DNA of 63,732 nucleotides, counting the filler, from Perkinsus chesapeaki ATCC PRA-425 (taxonomy: Eukaryota; Protista; Perkinsozoa), in NCBI GenBank assembly GCA_013115145.1. It is 3 parts of 3 records of this genome, joined end to end, with 100 filler letters (N's around TTAATTAATTAA, not from the genome) between each part and the next. Parts side by side here need not be neighbours in the genome. Positions count along the whole stretch, not along the records: positions 1 to 28,973 come from JAAPAO010000460.1; positions 29,074 to 58,599 come from JAAPAO010000455.1; 1 more part is not named here. One strand, written 5' to 3'. This document shows positions 25,452-36,657 of this stretch, one piece after another. The translations under genes and the position numbers were made by a program. The notes beneath the pieces are model-generated. The model had not been told where the DNA came from. It worked only from the letters and a program-made list of their open reading frames with translations, and searched no databases. Position 1 is the stretch's first letter, and each line of letters begins with the position of its first letter.

Positions 25452-27896
25452 GAATTGGGAAATAAATGGCACTGCTGACTTCCCTCAGACGGCATTTGTG
25501 ATTTCATTTCTCATCAGGAGGTACTGGAATGAGCCTTCAGAACTTCCTCGAGCCTGCCTTCCCTCGACATCATCTGCAGGTGGCCCACTGTATTTGCGTG
25601 ATGCAGATTTTAATTCTGATAAAAGTGTCCAAAACTCTGACCTGAGTTGGCGTCCTTGTGGTGAGGTATAGTAAACTGGAATGCCTTCCCAAACAGCGCA
25701 TTTGACAGAGTCTCCTAGCTGACTGACAGCAGCTTTCCACTGAACTACAAGACATGCTTCCATAGGCTTCGGATACTTGCTTGAAGTCTGAAGTCAATAT
25801 TGCAACTTAAATGTCTTATGAGGAATTGTTGATGAAGCATCCTTCTGCTATCCTCAAGGTCCTCGCGTATCTTAAGATTCGGAGTTAGCTCGATTTCGCT
25901 GGAACAGTGCTGTGCACAATTTCCGCCGTAAATGCCGACTTATAAGTCGGACTCCACTCACCACGCTGACATGCTTTGCGAATTGGGACAAAATTTGTCC
26001 TGAGTATTCCCCAACACCGAACGCACAGACTTAGCCAATCAGAAACATGCTGCGTATCAGAAACAGTGTTTCCTTTCCTTTTCTCGTCTCAGTTGTCGCT
26101 GACGGTCTCGCTCCTCACTACTTCGACTCGATACGGATATCATCCATGCCGATGCGAGAGTCAATTTTTCATCCGTTGAATTCATCACTGAGTGATCGGG
26201 TATCACTAGTGGCTCCTCGTGAAGGATCCTCCTAGCGGTGAGACCCTCTCTTTCGCACATGGCAGGGATGTGCCGCGCTCTGGAACTGTGCAAAACATGC
26301 GCTAGTTCTATGATGTCCCGGAAGTGCCTATAAGATATCGGTTATATAGGGAGCTTGACGAGATCAAGAAGAGTCCAAGAACTCCCATTAGATTTAATTC
26401 GTCCTCGACATGTGCCCATAGAAGCCCGAGTAAAAATGTAGATTCTCGGTCGCAGAGATTAAAGGTGATAGGCGTAGAAAACGCTCAAATAGGTGTTATA
26501 ACCAACTTGAGGTTCGTGATGTTTCCAGCCTAGCACTCAAATCGCAGATTATTTTCGTAGGCAAGTTTTCTGGCGTCTTTAAGACGTTGCGCGTCTACGT
26601 GCGTAATACGAGTTCCTCATTAATTTTCAATGTAAGCTTCACACACCAAAAATGTCTAATACGCCATTCTAAGCCTGCCAGAATGTGATTTCCCCTACGG
26701 AAGGCATCGTTGTATAATTTCCAATTTAACATGATAAAACAGCGATCACCCATTCCACTTTCTCAAAAGACGTATATGTTTCCCCAACCGCGCACCGATA
26801 AGCAACATGACCTACTTAAGGTTATTAACAATAGCATCGAGTATCGGCCTGTCACTTTTGGGTTCAACAAGTCCCCACGGTGGGTTCGTCACGATGACGA
26901 CCCGCTCACGGTTCGGGTCTAGTAGCTCTATTGGCAACCGCCACGATGAGGTGATGTCAGTTGGTGGCATACAGGACCAATCGTTCCTGAAATGTGCTGA
27001 ATTCAATTGCTTTTCGGAGTAGAAAAGAAAAGTGCCCGTTACGGAGCCACATTGCTAGATGATAGCGCTAGGCTCTTCTTTCTGATCTACCGCCCAGACT
27101 CCGAATACAAGGTCATCACTTCGTTAGATCGCTGCTTCCCAAATTGGGTTTCGGAATTTGGGGACGATCACGTACTCCAATCAATGATCGAAGTCTTGAG
27201 ATAATCTTTTTGACAGATTGTTAGTCCACTGTCCCGTTCTTTATCTAGATTTATGTTACACAAATGACGACCGACGGTTTATGGAACACTGTTATTCGCC
27301 AAAAGGCCTCTTTAGTGAATCAGTAGCGCGGCCTCTCTCTGCCAGAGAGTCTCTGATCAGATCAAAGCTATCATCCGTTGCAAAGTTATAGATAATAAAA
27401 GATAATATCAAGCAGCATGCAATTAGGTCACGCACGCATGCACACTTTTAGACAACGCAGCAGACATGTCGAACAGGCTGATCAGTACTTTTTCACCGAA
27501 GAGTTCGTGCCCGTTTTTTTTACAGGCAGAAATGGCTGACAGTATCCATGCCTGTTCTCTAGGGGGTCATACTTTTGGAGAACGAGTTCGATAGTCGGCT
27601 CTAGTGGTAGCAGATGAACCGTCCCCTTAGGGGACTCCCCTAGGCTAAAGCAACGCGTGCAAGTAGACAAAACTTGCATTACAAATGCACGCGAGCGCAA
27701 ACATTCGTATAGAAAAAGCAATAGCATATCTGGTAGGATCCGCGAAGTTCATTTGAACCTGGAGGGACTCTGCACGACTCTACTCTCTCAGAGCACATTT
27801 CCGTCCACACTGGCGTCCTGGGCAAGGGTATGATACCCGTACCCTGCTGGGTATCATATGTTCCTTCAGTTTTTGTGTATCTTCGACACTCTACCA

Positions 27897-28391
27897 ATGT
27901 CAGCCACCGTCAGTGAGGCTCCAACTCAGCAGCGTACTCGTGTACTCTCCAAATTGGTGTCGATGGTCGTTGTAATCCTTCTAACCTTCCATCTAAGTGG
28001 ATGCGATGCTCCCAAACCGGTGACTGAAGGATACTACTTTGGGATCAAGCAGGACATCGCCTTGGCGTGGATTATAAGAAGTTTACAGGGGACTTCAGTA
28101 ACCTTCGACCTCACAGGAATCCCTCAAGGGCAAGTTGCCAAGACATGCGCAAACGTAACCTTATATGGTTTGACCCAGCACGAGCAAGCAGACCATCTAA
28201 GGGGCGCGGGTCCCAATGATCTCACCCCGACACACGGCATTGATTGTATGTATGAGTTAACCGAATATCTTGGTCTTAAGGGCCTCTGGTCTGCAAGTTT
28301 CGGCTACGAAGCCTGCACCGTTCGTAACGGGGACTTCAGTGTGGTGGTGTCCAGAGTGCAGATGCAAAGTGAGATAGATGTGTTGCTCTAA
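27897..28391 (+). CDS. Intronless hypothetical secreted or membrane-anchored protein (164 aa)
   Basis: Clean ORF with an N-terminal hydrophobic segment (VSMVVVILLTFHLSGC), several Cys, and a pyrimidine tract plus AG just upstream of the ATG. Confidence 0.55.
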   Translation: MSATVSEAPTQQRTRVLSKLVSMVVVILLTFHLSGCDAPKPVTEGYYFGIKQDIALAWIIRSLQGTSVTFDLTGIPQGQVAKTCANVTLYGLTQHEQADHLRGAGPNDLTPTHGIDCMYELTEYLGLKGLWSASFGYEACTVRNGDFSVVVSRVQMQSEIDVLL

Positions 28392-28520
28392 GTTTATATA
28401 AGCTCATATAACCGGCAGCCAGTTACTGGTCATCGGCATATTAATGTAGTATAGCATTTATGTACAAGTATCATGTTGCTAAACCAACCCCAGTCCATCA
28501 ATAGCCTCGGCAATCGAGGC

Positions 28521-28901
28521 TTACCTCCTACCAATATCCCTGTTACTCAGGCAAGTAGGTGCGCATAAACTAACGTGCAGGTTGCTGAACGTTAACGCTA
28601 AACTCAGCGCTTTCCATCTATTTTCAGGATTGTCAGGATTGATTGGATTGTCAGTGGGGATCCCAATTCCGGACGATGGATGAATGCGCACACATATGTA
28701 AACGTCACCACGTAGAGTTCGAAGTACCCTAAGAGTATGATTCCACATTGAACCCTCTAGTAAAGATGCTTCCAAGTTGCAAGTCCGATGACCGTCTAGT
28801 GGGATGTCTTCTGGTGACCAGCAGATAACCTTTTCGTTATTCGGACTTCGAATGCAGTGAACCTTAACTCCATTGAACATTTCATTTTTGGTACTACCCA
28901 A
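28521..28901 (-). CDS. Hypothetical protein or fragment next to an assembly gap
   Basis: 126-codon ORF with protein-like composition; no family recognised. Confidence 0.3.
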   Translation of the reverse strand: MGSTKNEMFNGVKVHCIRSPNNEKVICWSPEDIPLDGHRTCNLEASLLEGSMWNHTLRVLRTLRGDVYICVRIHPSSGIGIPTDNPINPDNPENRWKALSLALTFSNLHVSLCAPTCLSNRDIGRR

Positions 28902-28973
28902 TGTTGTAGACCTGTGTGAGCGAGCCTCTCCTTCGGGATACAGGGCGAGCGAGATTCACAGTGGTCGCGCAAG

Positions 28974-29073
28974 NNNNNNNNNNNNNNNNNNNNNNNNNNN
29001 NNNNNNNNNNNNNNNNNTTAATTAATTAANNNNNNNNNNNNNNNNNNNNNNNNNNNNNNNNNNNNNNNNNNNN
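28974..29073. other. 100-nt assembly gap with TTAATTAATTAA linker (29018-29029)
   Basis: N-run with a central six-frame stop linker; identical structure at 58600-58699. Confidence 0.97.
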
Positions 29074-29146
29074 GCGCTGCTACCTACTCGGCTGCATAAT
29101 TGGTTCCACAATCGCCTTTAGAGACCTCGAGAAAAATCTCTCCGAT

Positions 29147-30067
29147 ATGGCAGGTGACCCTCCTGTGAACGACTATTTCTATCCGCAGCAGGCTCCATAT
29201 CTAAGACCTATCAATGTCCCGGGAGCATGGGAGCGCCTGACCTCCATGAAAACGGCCAGAAAGAGGGTTACTGTAGCCCTCATCGATACCGGAGTGAGAC
29301 CCGATCATCCGGACTTGGTTGGCAACTTTGTAGAAGGCTATAATGTTTTCGATGGTGGCCACGATACTCACGATCGAGACGGCCATGGTACTGAAATGGC
29401 CGGGGTGTTAGGTGCTACTATCAACAACACGTTGGGTATAGCAGGTGTTATGGACCTTGTTGATATCATGCCTATTTACAGTGGTAAACGACCTAACCAG
29501 GCGGCAATGAGAGCTGCTATAGACTATGTTATAAATAATAAGGAAACAAAAGATATAAAGCTTATATTGATGGCTGCTGCCATTAAAGAGATTGGGCCCT
29601 ACTTGGCCGACAAGATTAAGCAAGCAGACCAAGCTGGACTTCTTATCATTGTAACTTCTGGGAATGAAGGCAAAGATATTACTACGGAGAAGCGTTACCC
29701 TTGTGCTCTCACTCAACAGTTCGATGGAGTTTTGTGTGTCGGTGCGACAGAACAGTCTGAAATGAAATTAGCTGATTTCTCCAATTTTGCGAGTTACGTG
29801 GACATCGCTGCCCCAGGAATTGAGTTAACGACAACGGGGAATGTTGATGACTATGATACGATGTCTGGTACGTCTCCAGCATCTGCCATTGTTGCTGGTG
29901 TGGTTGCGATGCTCTACAGTCTTACTCCAAGCCTATCGCCTGGTGATGTCAAGAAGATTCTCAAGGACACTTCCAAAAAAGGCCTCAAAGACTCCACTGG
30001 GAAGATTGCTCTTCCATTCGGACGAGTAGATGCAGATAAAGCTGTGGCGAAGCTGATACCAAGATAG
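29147..30067 (+). CDS. Subtilisin-like serine protease (S8) catalytic domain, intronless, probably 5'-incomplete
   Basis: Asp 'VALIDTGV', His 'DGHGTEMAG', oxyanion Asn 'SGN' and Ser 'MSGTSPAS' in correct order. No signal or propeptide; a gap lies 73 nt upstream. Confidence 0.93.
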   Translation: MAGDPPVNDYFYPQQAPYLRPINVPGAWERLTSMKTARKRVTVALIDTGVRPDHPDLVGNFVEGYNVFDGGHDTHDRDGHGTEMAGVLGATINNTLGIAGVMDLVDIMPIYSGKRPNQAAMRAAIDYVINNKETKDIKLILMAAAIKEIGPYLADKIKQADQAGLLIIVTSGNEGKDITTEKRYPCALTQQFDGVLCVGATEQSEMKLADFSNFASYVDIAAPGIELTTTGNVDDYDTMSGTSPASAIVAGVVAMLYSLTPSLSPGDVKKILKDTSKKGLKDSTGKIALPFGRVDADKAVAKLIPR

Positions 30068-31249
30068 GGATATGGAAGCTGTACAACGAGATCCACAAAT
30101 AATATCCGAGTCAATCGTTTTTTGTTGCTGTGCCCAAAATCCAACTGTATTTACGTACTCCTATTGTAAATGGAAACAATTCAAGTACACAAATAGGTTG
30201 GTTGAGTATAAGCTCCTCCCCATTTGATTCTCTCATTGTTATTCTCAACGCCCCTCGATGAGGAGCTTCTTTGGATGATCAACAGTGGGCTAGTCCATCA
30301 ATAATATTCAGTCTTTGTCTCTCCATCTGTCTGCGTGCTCAAGCGCACGCCTGCTTTGCTCGGGCCGAGCTATGGCCGTCGTTTATCAGCATACGTGTTA
30401 AAGCCGTAGGCAGGCCCTCGTAGATAGGTTAAGGTGCTTTGGTTTGTTGGATCCCATTACCTATGAATGAGTCCTTTTTCCTTTTGAGACATTAATGGCT
30501 CAGAGTTTAGTCCAGGGTGGCAATGCAACAACATTATCATCATTTTCACTTCTGAAGACGGTTGAGATCGGTCAGATCATCTGACTCAGATGATCGCTGT
30601 GCCTCAGCACCTATGAGCCAGCGGTTGCGGAACCGGCACTGTCGGTTATAAGACTGTTTAAAACAGAACAGAGCTGTTTCCAGAGCAATTTCAGTCCTCG
30701 AACCTGACCTAACCAGCAGAATACCGTAACTTACCAATGTGTCCCTACAGCGCGGCATCACAGCACAAGATGGTGCTCATGCAAGGCTTGTGTATTATAT
30801 AGATTATAGGGAACATTATGGACAATCCGTTAATGCAACTTCCACGTCATGGAATCCACGGCCAGACTGATACACACACAGGCAGCCTACATATGCGCCC
30901 CGTGGTAAGGTTATGTTGGCAGTCGTAATAGACTCAAGTGATTCTTGTCTTTCCCATGCGATTCTGACGTAAGATTCGTGAGGACCCTTCAACAGTAAAT
31001 GGACAGCTCATCACAGACAAGCCACAGTTTCGAGTCGGTGGCTGCCCCTGAATACACAACTGTTTGCAGGACGCGTCTCAGACGCGGCGTCTGGCCTCGA
31101 TTATTTGCCCATGGTGTGGGGCAATCAAGCACCCTGCGATGTGAGTAGGTGATCCACTGAGTGGTGACAGTGTATATGGCTGTCCAAACTTGGCGTTAGC
31201 CTCAGTGTCGAGACTCACAACACAAGGCAAGAGAATTGAAAAAATAAAG

Positions 31250-33854
31250 TTAAAGTCTGGAGCTAACACCACCAGAAGCTATTAGGGTCTCGCCAGTAAC
31301 AAAAGAGGCATCATCAGAACATAAAAATGCCGCTGGACCAGCCATCTCTTCCTGAATTAACAAGATCAACACCGAACTGAAGGTTGCCGCCAGACGTACA
31401 GGTTCTGCTATACGTTTGAGCATTGATTGGCCGGACCATAACTGAGAAGAGCCTTCGTTCTTCCATAACAGCTCACTGAATCTGAAGGAAGGTTAACATA
31501 TCATTTATTAAACGAATCCTACTTGGTCTTAACGATACCAGGAGCCAGAGCGTTGACACGGATACCTTCGGGGCCTGAAATGATGTTGATCGCCCCCTCA
31601 CAGGTGGCAACAGAAAGTAATCATAGACCCGCCAGCAAAGGATGAAAAACTCTACCAGCAACTTCACCGAATGCGTTCCATATCAAGTTTAGTAGTTTTA
31701 CAAGGTTTTATGCTGGATGGAGAGATTTGACGACTTCATGACTAGAACTGCTGAGTGCGGGAGATTGGAGCGAGTCCGAGGCATCCGTGCCGCGACTAGC
31801 GGCGTGCTGACGAATCATAGTCGTGAAACACGACATGCGTTCTACCGTCGGTATGCGAACATTTGCGGTTAATCGCTAATTTCCGACAAGTTACAGAGTT
31901 TAGTTCACTTCTCTCCCCCGAATGTGGCCACAAGTCTGAGCAAGCGCGGAAGTATCTCAGTAGTGGGTCCATGAGAAAGAGCAAACGCCTGTACCATACC
32001 GAGGTCATAGGCGAGGGCTTTCATTAAGCCAGTAAGAGCAGTTTTGGTGACCCCGTAAACTGATAAGGGAGGAGCCAATGAAAACCTGAAAACATCAATT
32101 TGGTATTATTATGCAATATATTACACCCTTGGAACAGAGAAAGTTATCCGAACAAAAAAATGTCGGAGGTGGGGATCGAACCGGTGATGGTCAATTCCAG
32201 TGAAAAAGGTTGCTCGAGAGGCTTGGAAACTCTCAAAAAGTTTGTTGGAAAAGGTTTCCACTTTCCGAATTTTTCGGAAGTACTTTTCGTCAGGGAATTT
32301 CCTGGGGGAACGTCACAGTTGACCTCGTCACAAAAATCTTACGCGGCAATGCTGGTAACGAAGAGCACAGCAGCGGTGCCTCTCCTCATGTACGGCTTGA
32401 ACTCTGTTGTTAGCTGCCATGCCGACTTTACATTATTCTCGAACATTTTATCCCATTGACGATCATCACAGCTATCAGTCGGGCCTATAGCGATGTTTGA
32501 TGCCGCATTAGAGACCTGAGGCACAACTGCCTTCAACCGACTTGCTGGGAAAGGTATAAAATGCAAGTTTTAATGGCAAGCACTGAGTAATCCTATTGCA
32601 GGCATCGGCGTTGGCTGTAATATGCGGCTATCATCAGACGGGCAACGAAATAGCGTAAATGCGAGATGAATTATCACATTGAGTATCTGATAGAGAGTTT
32701 CGGAACCACAGGAAACGCCTGAAAACAACTTCTATCGATGATGAACAGATGATGATCGCTGGCAATAAAATATTTATACATCATTGGTAACTGATGCTGA
32801 CTATCCTATAAGTGTCTAGGAGAGACATGAACTGTAAATGAAGCGTAAAACAGCTTAGTAGATACACGAACACGTAACAAGTGCATTCTGGCAACGACAT
32901 GGAGTCACTATTGTAAAACTCGGTAATTTCCTCCGGAGCGCAAGACTCACCAAGACATCGATTTTTCCATCACCAAACGCTTTGGCAGCTTCAAGCAGAG
33001 CGGCACGATCAGCAGCGTTAGAAACATTGCATATCACGCCTGACAACACGGGGAAGATGTAATAGATTAGTGAGGATCAATCATCAACCATTTACCCAGA
33101 AATAAGGAAGAATGTCGATAAGGTTATAGTAAGATTTAACAAGCATAGTAAGAGGGTCGATAAGGTTATAGTAAGCTTTAACAAGCTTACTAAGAAGGTC
33201 GGTAAGCTCTAACGCTGATAACAAATGGTTGGGTAGCTTCTTACCAGCAACGCGATCACCAAAGAGAGGCTTGAGCTCAGACAGAGCAGCATCCACCGAT
33301 GACTGCTTCCTGGACGATATCTGAGACATGAACTTCATATCATCAAATAGATGGCAGAAATCTTCATATTATGAAAATTTCTGCAACCTACTCGTTCTAC
33401 AATTCCGAACAGTTATTGGTAACGCTGGACTGCATACAACAAGGTTTCGAGAATATCTGGTATTTTGGCCTTTGACTATCAATAAATTTTCAGAAGGAAC
33501 CCATTAGCTGCCAAATTTGCTACTAGAACATTACGCACGGAACAGCACTGATGTTTCACTATGAGACATAAGTAGTGCTTCCTGACACTGCTGCGAGAGT
33601 CCCACAGTGCGTGAGATGATCTGATACCACCTATACGATTACCATGAACCGGTATAAACAATTTCACGAGGCACAAGCCACCTGGACACGGTAAAGGCAG
33701 GTTCCATCGAGTCCGATAAACGGTTACTTACAATAACTTTGCCACCTTCCTGTAGTATACGTTTAGCAATGGCTTTACCAATACCTGCAGTTGATGCGGT
33801 TACTACGGAGACACGCCCATCGAAGCGAGTGAGTGTCTGTTGGGTGGGTGTCAT
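31250..33854 (-). CDS. DHRS4: DHRS4-like short-chain dehydrogenase/reductase with PTS1 (-SRL), 8 exons
   Basis: Spliced protein: 'VSVVTASTAGIGKAIA', 'ISSRKQSSVD', 'IDVL|VSNAA', catalytic 'YGVTK', 'GIRVNALAPGIVKTKFSELLW', 'AFLCSDDASFVTGETLIASGGVSSRL*'. All joins are in-frame GT-AG. Confidence 0.92.
33117..33200. repeat. Imperfect 42-bp tandem duplication in a DHRS4 intron
   Basis: GATAAGGTTATAGTAAG(A/C)TTTAACAAGC.. repeated at 33117 and 33159. Confidence 0.8.
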
Positions 33855-34031
33855 GCTACTAGCAAACGCGTATCGAAATCAACTGCTGGCAGGATCACAC
33901 TTTAAAAAGATCGACTTTTAGTTCGTAATTGGCTTCTTTAACGATCACTCCTCGAAGAACCACTCGGGAACCGGAGCCCTCTGAGTTGTCATGTCCAGAG
34001 CCTCAGAATGGACATCACGTAACCATACATC

Positions 34032-34104
34032 GCCCTGCTGGCCCAATGGATAAGGCGCCACCCTCCTAAGGTGGAGATTCCGGGTTCGATCCCCGGGTAG
34101 GGTA
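34032..34104 (+). tRNA. tRNA-Arg (anticodon CCT)
   Basis: 73-nt cloverleaf: acceptor GCCCTGC/GTAGGGT, D-arm TGGCCCAATGGATAAGGC, anticodon arm CCACC-CTCCTAA-GGTGG, T-arm CCGGG-TTCGATC-CCCGG. Confidence 0.95.
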
Positions 34105-35575
34105 TTGCTACTCGATAAAACACTTTCTTTGCAATGCCACATACGTATACGTGGAGCTAGGGGTCCAAAAATGGTAGTGCCAGATAGTAAAATAAGAATT
34201 GAACGTCTAGTAGAGCTCTTTCCAGATATAAACGGACATCTTTAACATACGAAAATGCAGAGTTCAAGAGAATCGTTAATGCCCTTCAAGCAAAACCGAA
34301 TTGCAATAGTATTCATATATGCTATATATTTCTATACTCTCATCCCTGCCGCTTTATGGAGTGTACTTCAAACCACCGACAAGTAACAGAAACGCTGCTT
34401 CTCATTATAGAAGTGCATCAATCTAGTGCCAATACCGCCCACTTGCGATTCAAGCCGGCTGAGTGATCGCCAGGATATCTCCTGATCAGAAGCTAACCTA
34501 GCTTCAGGCAGCACCCCCCCCCACTGGAGCCACTCAGCTAGGTCGAAGAGAACGTTATGCGAAAATGCGCGTTACTAACAACTCAACAATACAAAGTGTT
34601 ATGCGAACGAGGTCGTAGAATGCTATACGGCTGTGTCCACTCGATTCACAAAGGTACAGGAAGTTGTAGCGAAAAAATCGCGCAACCCGAGAGAACGGGC
34701 GACTATCGACTTCGCCAGATATCATCGCCAACTAGGGAAAATGGTGCGGCATTCACGCTAGTCGATACCCAAACTCGGGCAGCTTCACAAAGGCTGATCA
34801 ACCACCGCCTAACTGAAGATCATCCCCTCAGTACATAGTACCTAAATAAAAGGGAAAGATACCATATTTCGCACTGTGAAGATTTAGGGAAGCTTACTTA
34901 GTTATAGGGGTTGACTTCATAATGAGGATCGGTAAGCTTCGAGTATGTCGAATAGAAGGGATCATGGATGAATCTCTTATCGATGGGGAAGAAGACCAAA
35001 TCTAGCGAAGGAAATGATAAAGATTCCTCGGAGGTCAATAGGCTTACCAGTGATGTACATTGCAAAGAAGAAAATGAGAACTGTCAACCACTCAAGGACG
35101 GGACCGTTGTTGGACCACGCGCCGCAGGTGAACACGGTCAAGAGGATCATCAGGAGCACTTCGGCAGCTAACAAGAAAATAAGACTGGATAACGAATCCA
35201 AGAGTAGCTTACTTCTACGAGAAGTTGTTGACATGTTGCTGTATGAATCCAGTCAGCACTGATAAGGTGAGAATAAGGAGTGCACTCGGTAAAACGGAAC
35301 ACTGAATAGACAAAGCTACAGCCACTTAGCGCAAAATCAAGAGGGATTTCCAGAAAACAAGAAAATAGAACCAGAATTTATAAGGGATATTATATATCGA
35401 TTTGCGGCATCGCGAGGTATTCGTAGAGGTTAAATAAAAGAGTCCTAAGCTTCGAGGCAAAAGGAAAGGATTAGTGAGCATCACCCTGCAGCCATAGCAT
35501 AGTGGCGTGGAGAAATCTTAAGCGATGGCAAGATATGCAAGATTATCTACGCACGTTCTAACTTGGGATACATGC

Positions 35576-36657
35576 TTCACAAGCGTCCTTACGTTAAGAC
35601 GTCTTTATGTATAGGGTCCTAATGCCGTAATGTCCTAACCTTACTGAAGCTATTTCACAAGATTTTCATAACCTAATGTTAGGATCCTATACTTAAAGAC
35701 GTCCTAACCTAACGTTAGGATGTCCTAACTGAGGATACTAGGGATCCTCACGACAAATAAACACAGCGTAATGTACTAATCAACTGCGATTCGAACCTGA
35801 GTCCACCGTAAGTGAGTCGTGAACTATACCGCTCAACCATTCTTTACTTATAATTCTACTACTACAAACCCACCGATCAACTTGTGGAATACAAACACAG
35901 TACTTCAAGACGCGATGCAGTAGATTTAACAGGAAGAATCACATTGATTACCAACTGATACCCGTAATGAATCTAAACGACGTGGAAATAGTTGATTAAA
36001 TCAACTTGATTTGGATACTTGGAGTTTGGGAGGCTTGGCAGCGTGCTAGTAGAGCGTGGGGCGAAGTGTCAATCGCTGCTCAGAGGCTCCAAGTTAGAGA
36101 GTCTTGCAGTAACAGAAGGCCTGACTCGACCGAAGATGAGTGGGTCACTCACACGAATTTTCCAAGTCTTAGATGGCTAGGTTTTTGAAGTTTAAAGTAG
36201 TAAAGAGTTGCGTTAGTAGTGTTTGAAAATTGAGTTTGAAATGTATTCACGTAGTTTCGAACCAACAACTGTTTGGCGGAACGTATTGAGTCGTCTTTTA
36301 CGTACTTAGCGTTAGGATGGCCGGTGAAGTACCCCCCGAGGTACTCCTCCGCTAAGGCAAAGATTTCCTTAAAAACATACTTTGTGAAAGCCGAGTTAGG
36401 ACTCCTAACCGTCTGTTTTTGAGATAAAGGCAATGCCTTCAAGGCACCCTAATATCCTAAATCCTAACCTAACTTAAGGAAAGGTCCCTTGTGAACGCCG
36501 TTTATCCTTAAATTGCATCCTAATGGGTTAAAATCCTTACGTTAGGACGCTTATGAAATAGGCCCATGAGGAAAGACCCCTTAAGAACGCCATTTATCCT
36601 TAAATTGCATCCTAATGGGTTAAAATCCTTACGTTAAAAGGCTTGTGAAATAGGCCT
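35576..36657. mobile_element. Putative non-autonomous TIR DNA transposon (PIF/Harbinger-like ends), right end duplicated
   Basis: Left TTCACAAGCGTCCTTACGTTAAG (35576) is an imperfect inverted match to right CCTTACGTTAGGACGCTTATGAAATAGGCCC (to 36565). A 72-bp right-end block repeats 92 bp later (to 36657). TCCTAA/TTAGGA-rich subtermini; no transposase; no TSD resolved. Confidence 0.45.

Noticed and set aside
29018-29029. TTAATTAATTAA as a biological motif (also 58644-58655)
   Set aside because: It is centred in identical 100-nt N blocks and is an assembly linker.
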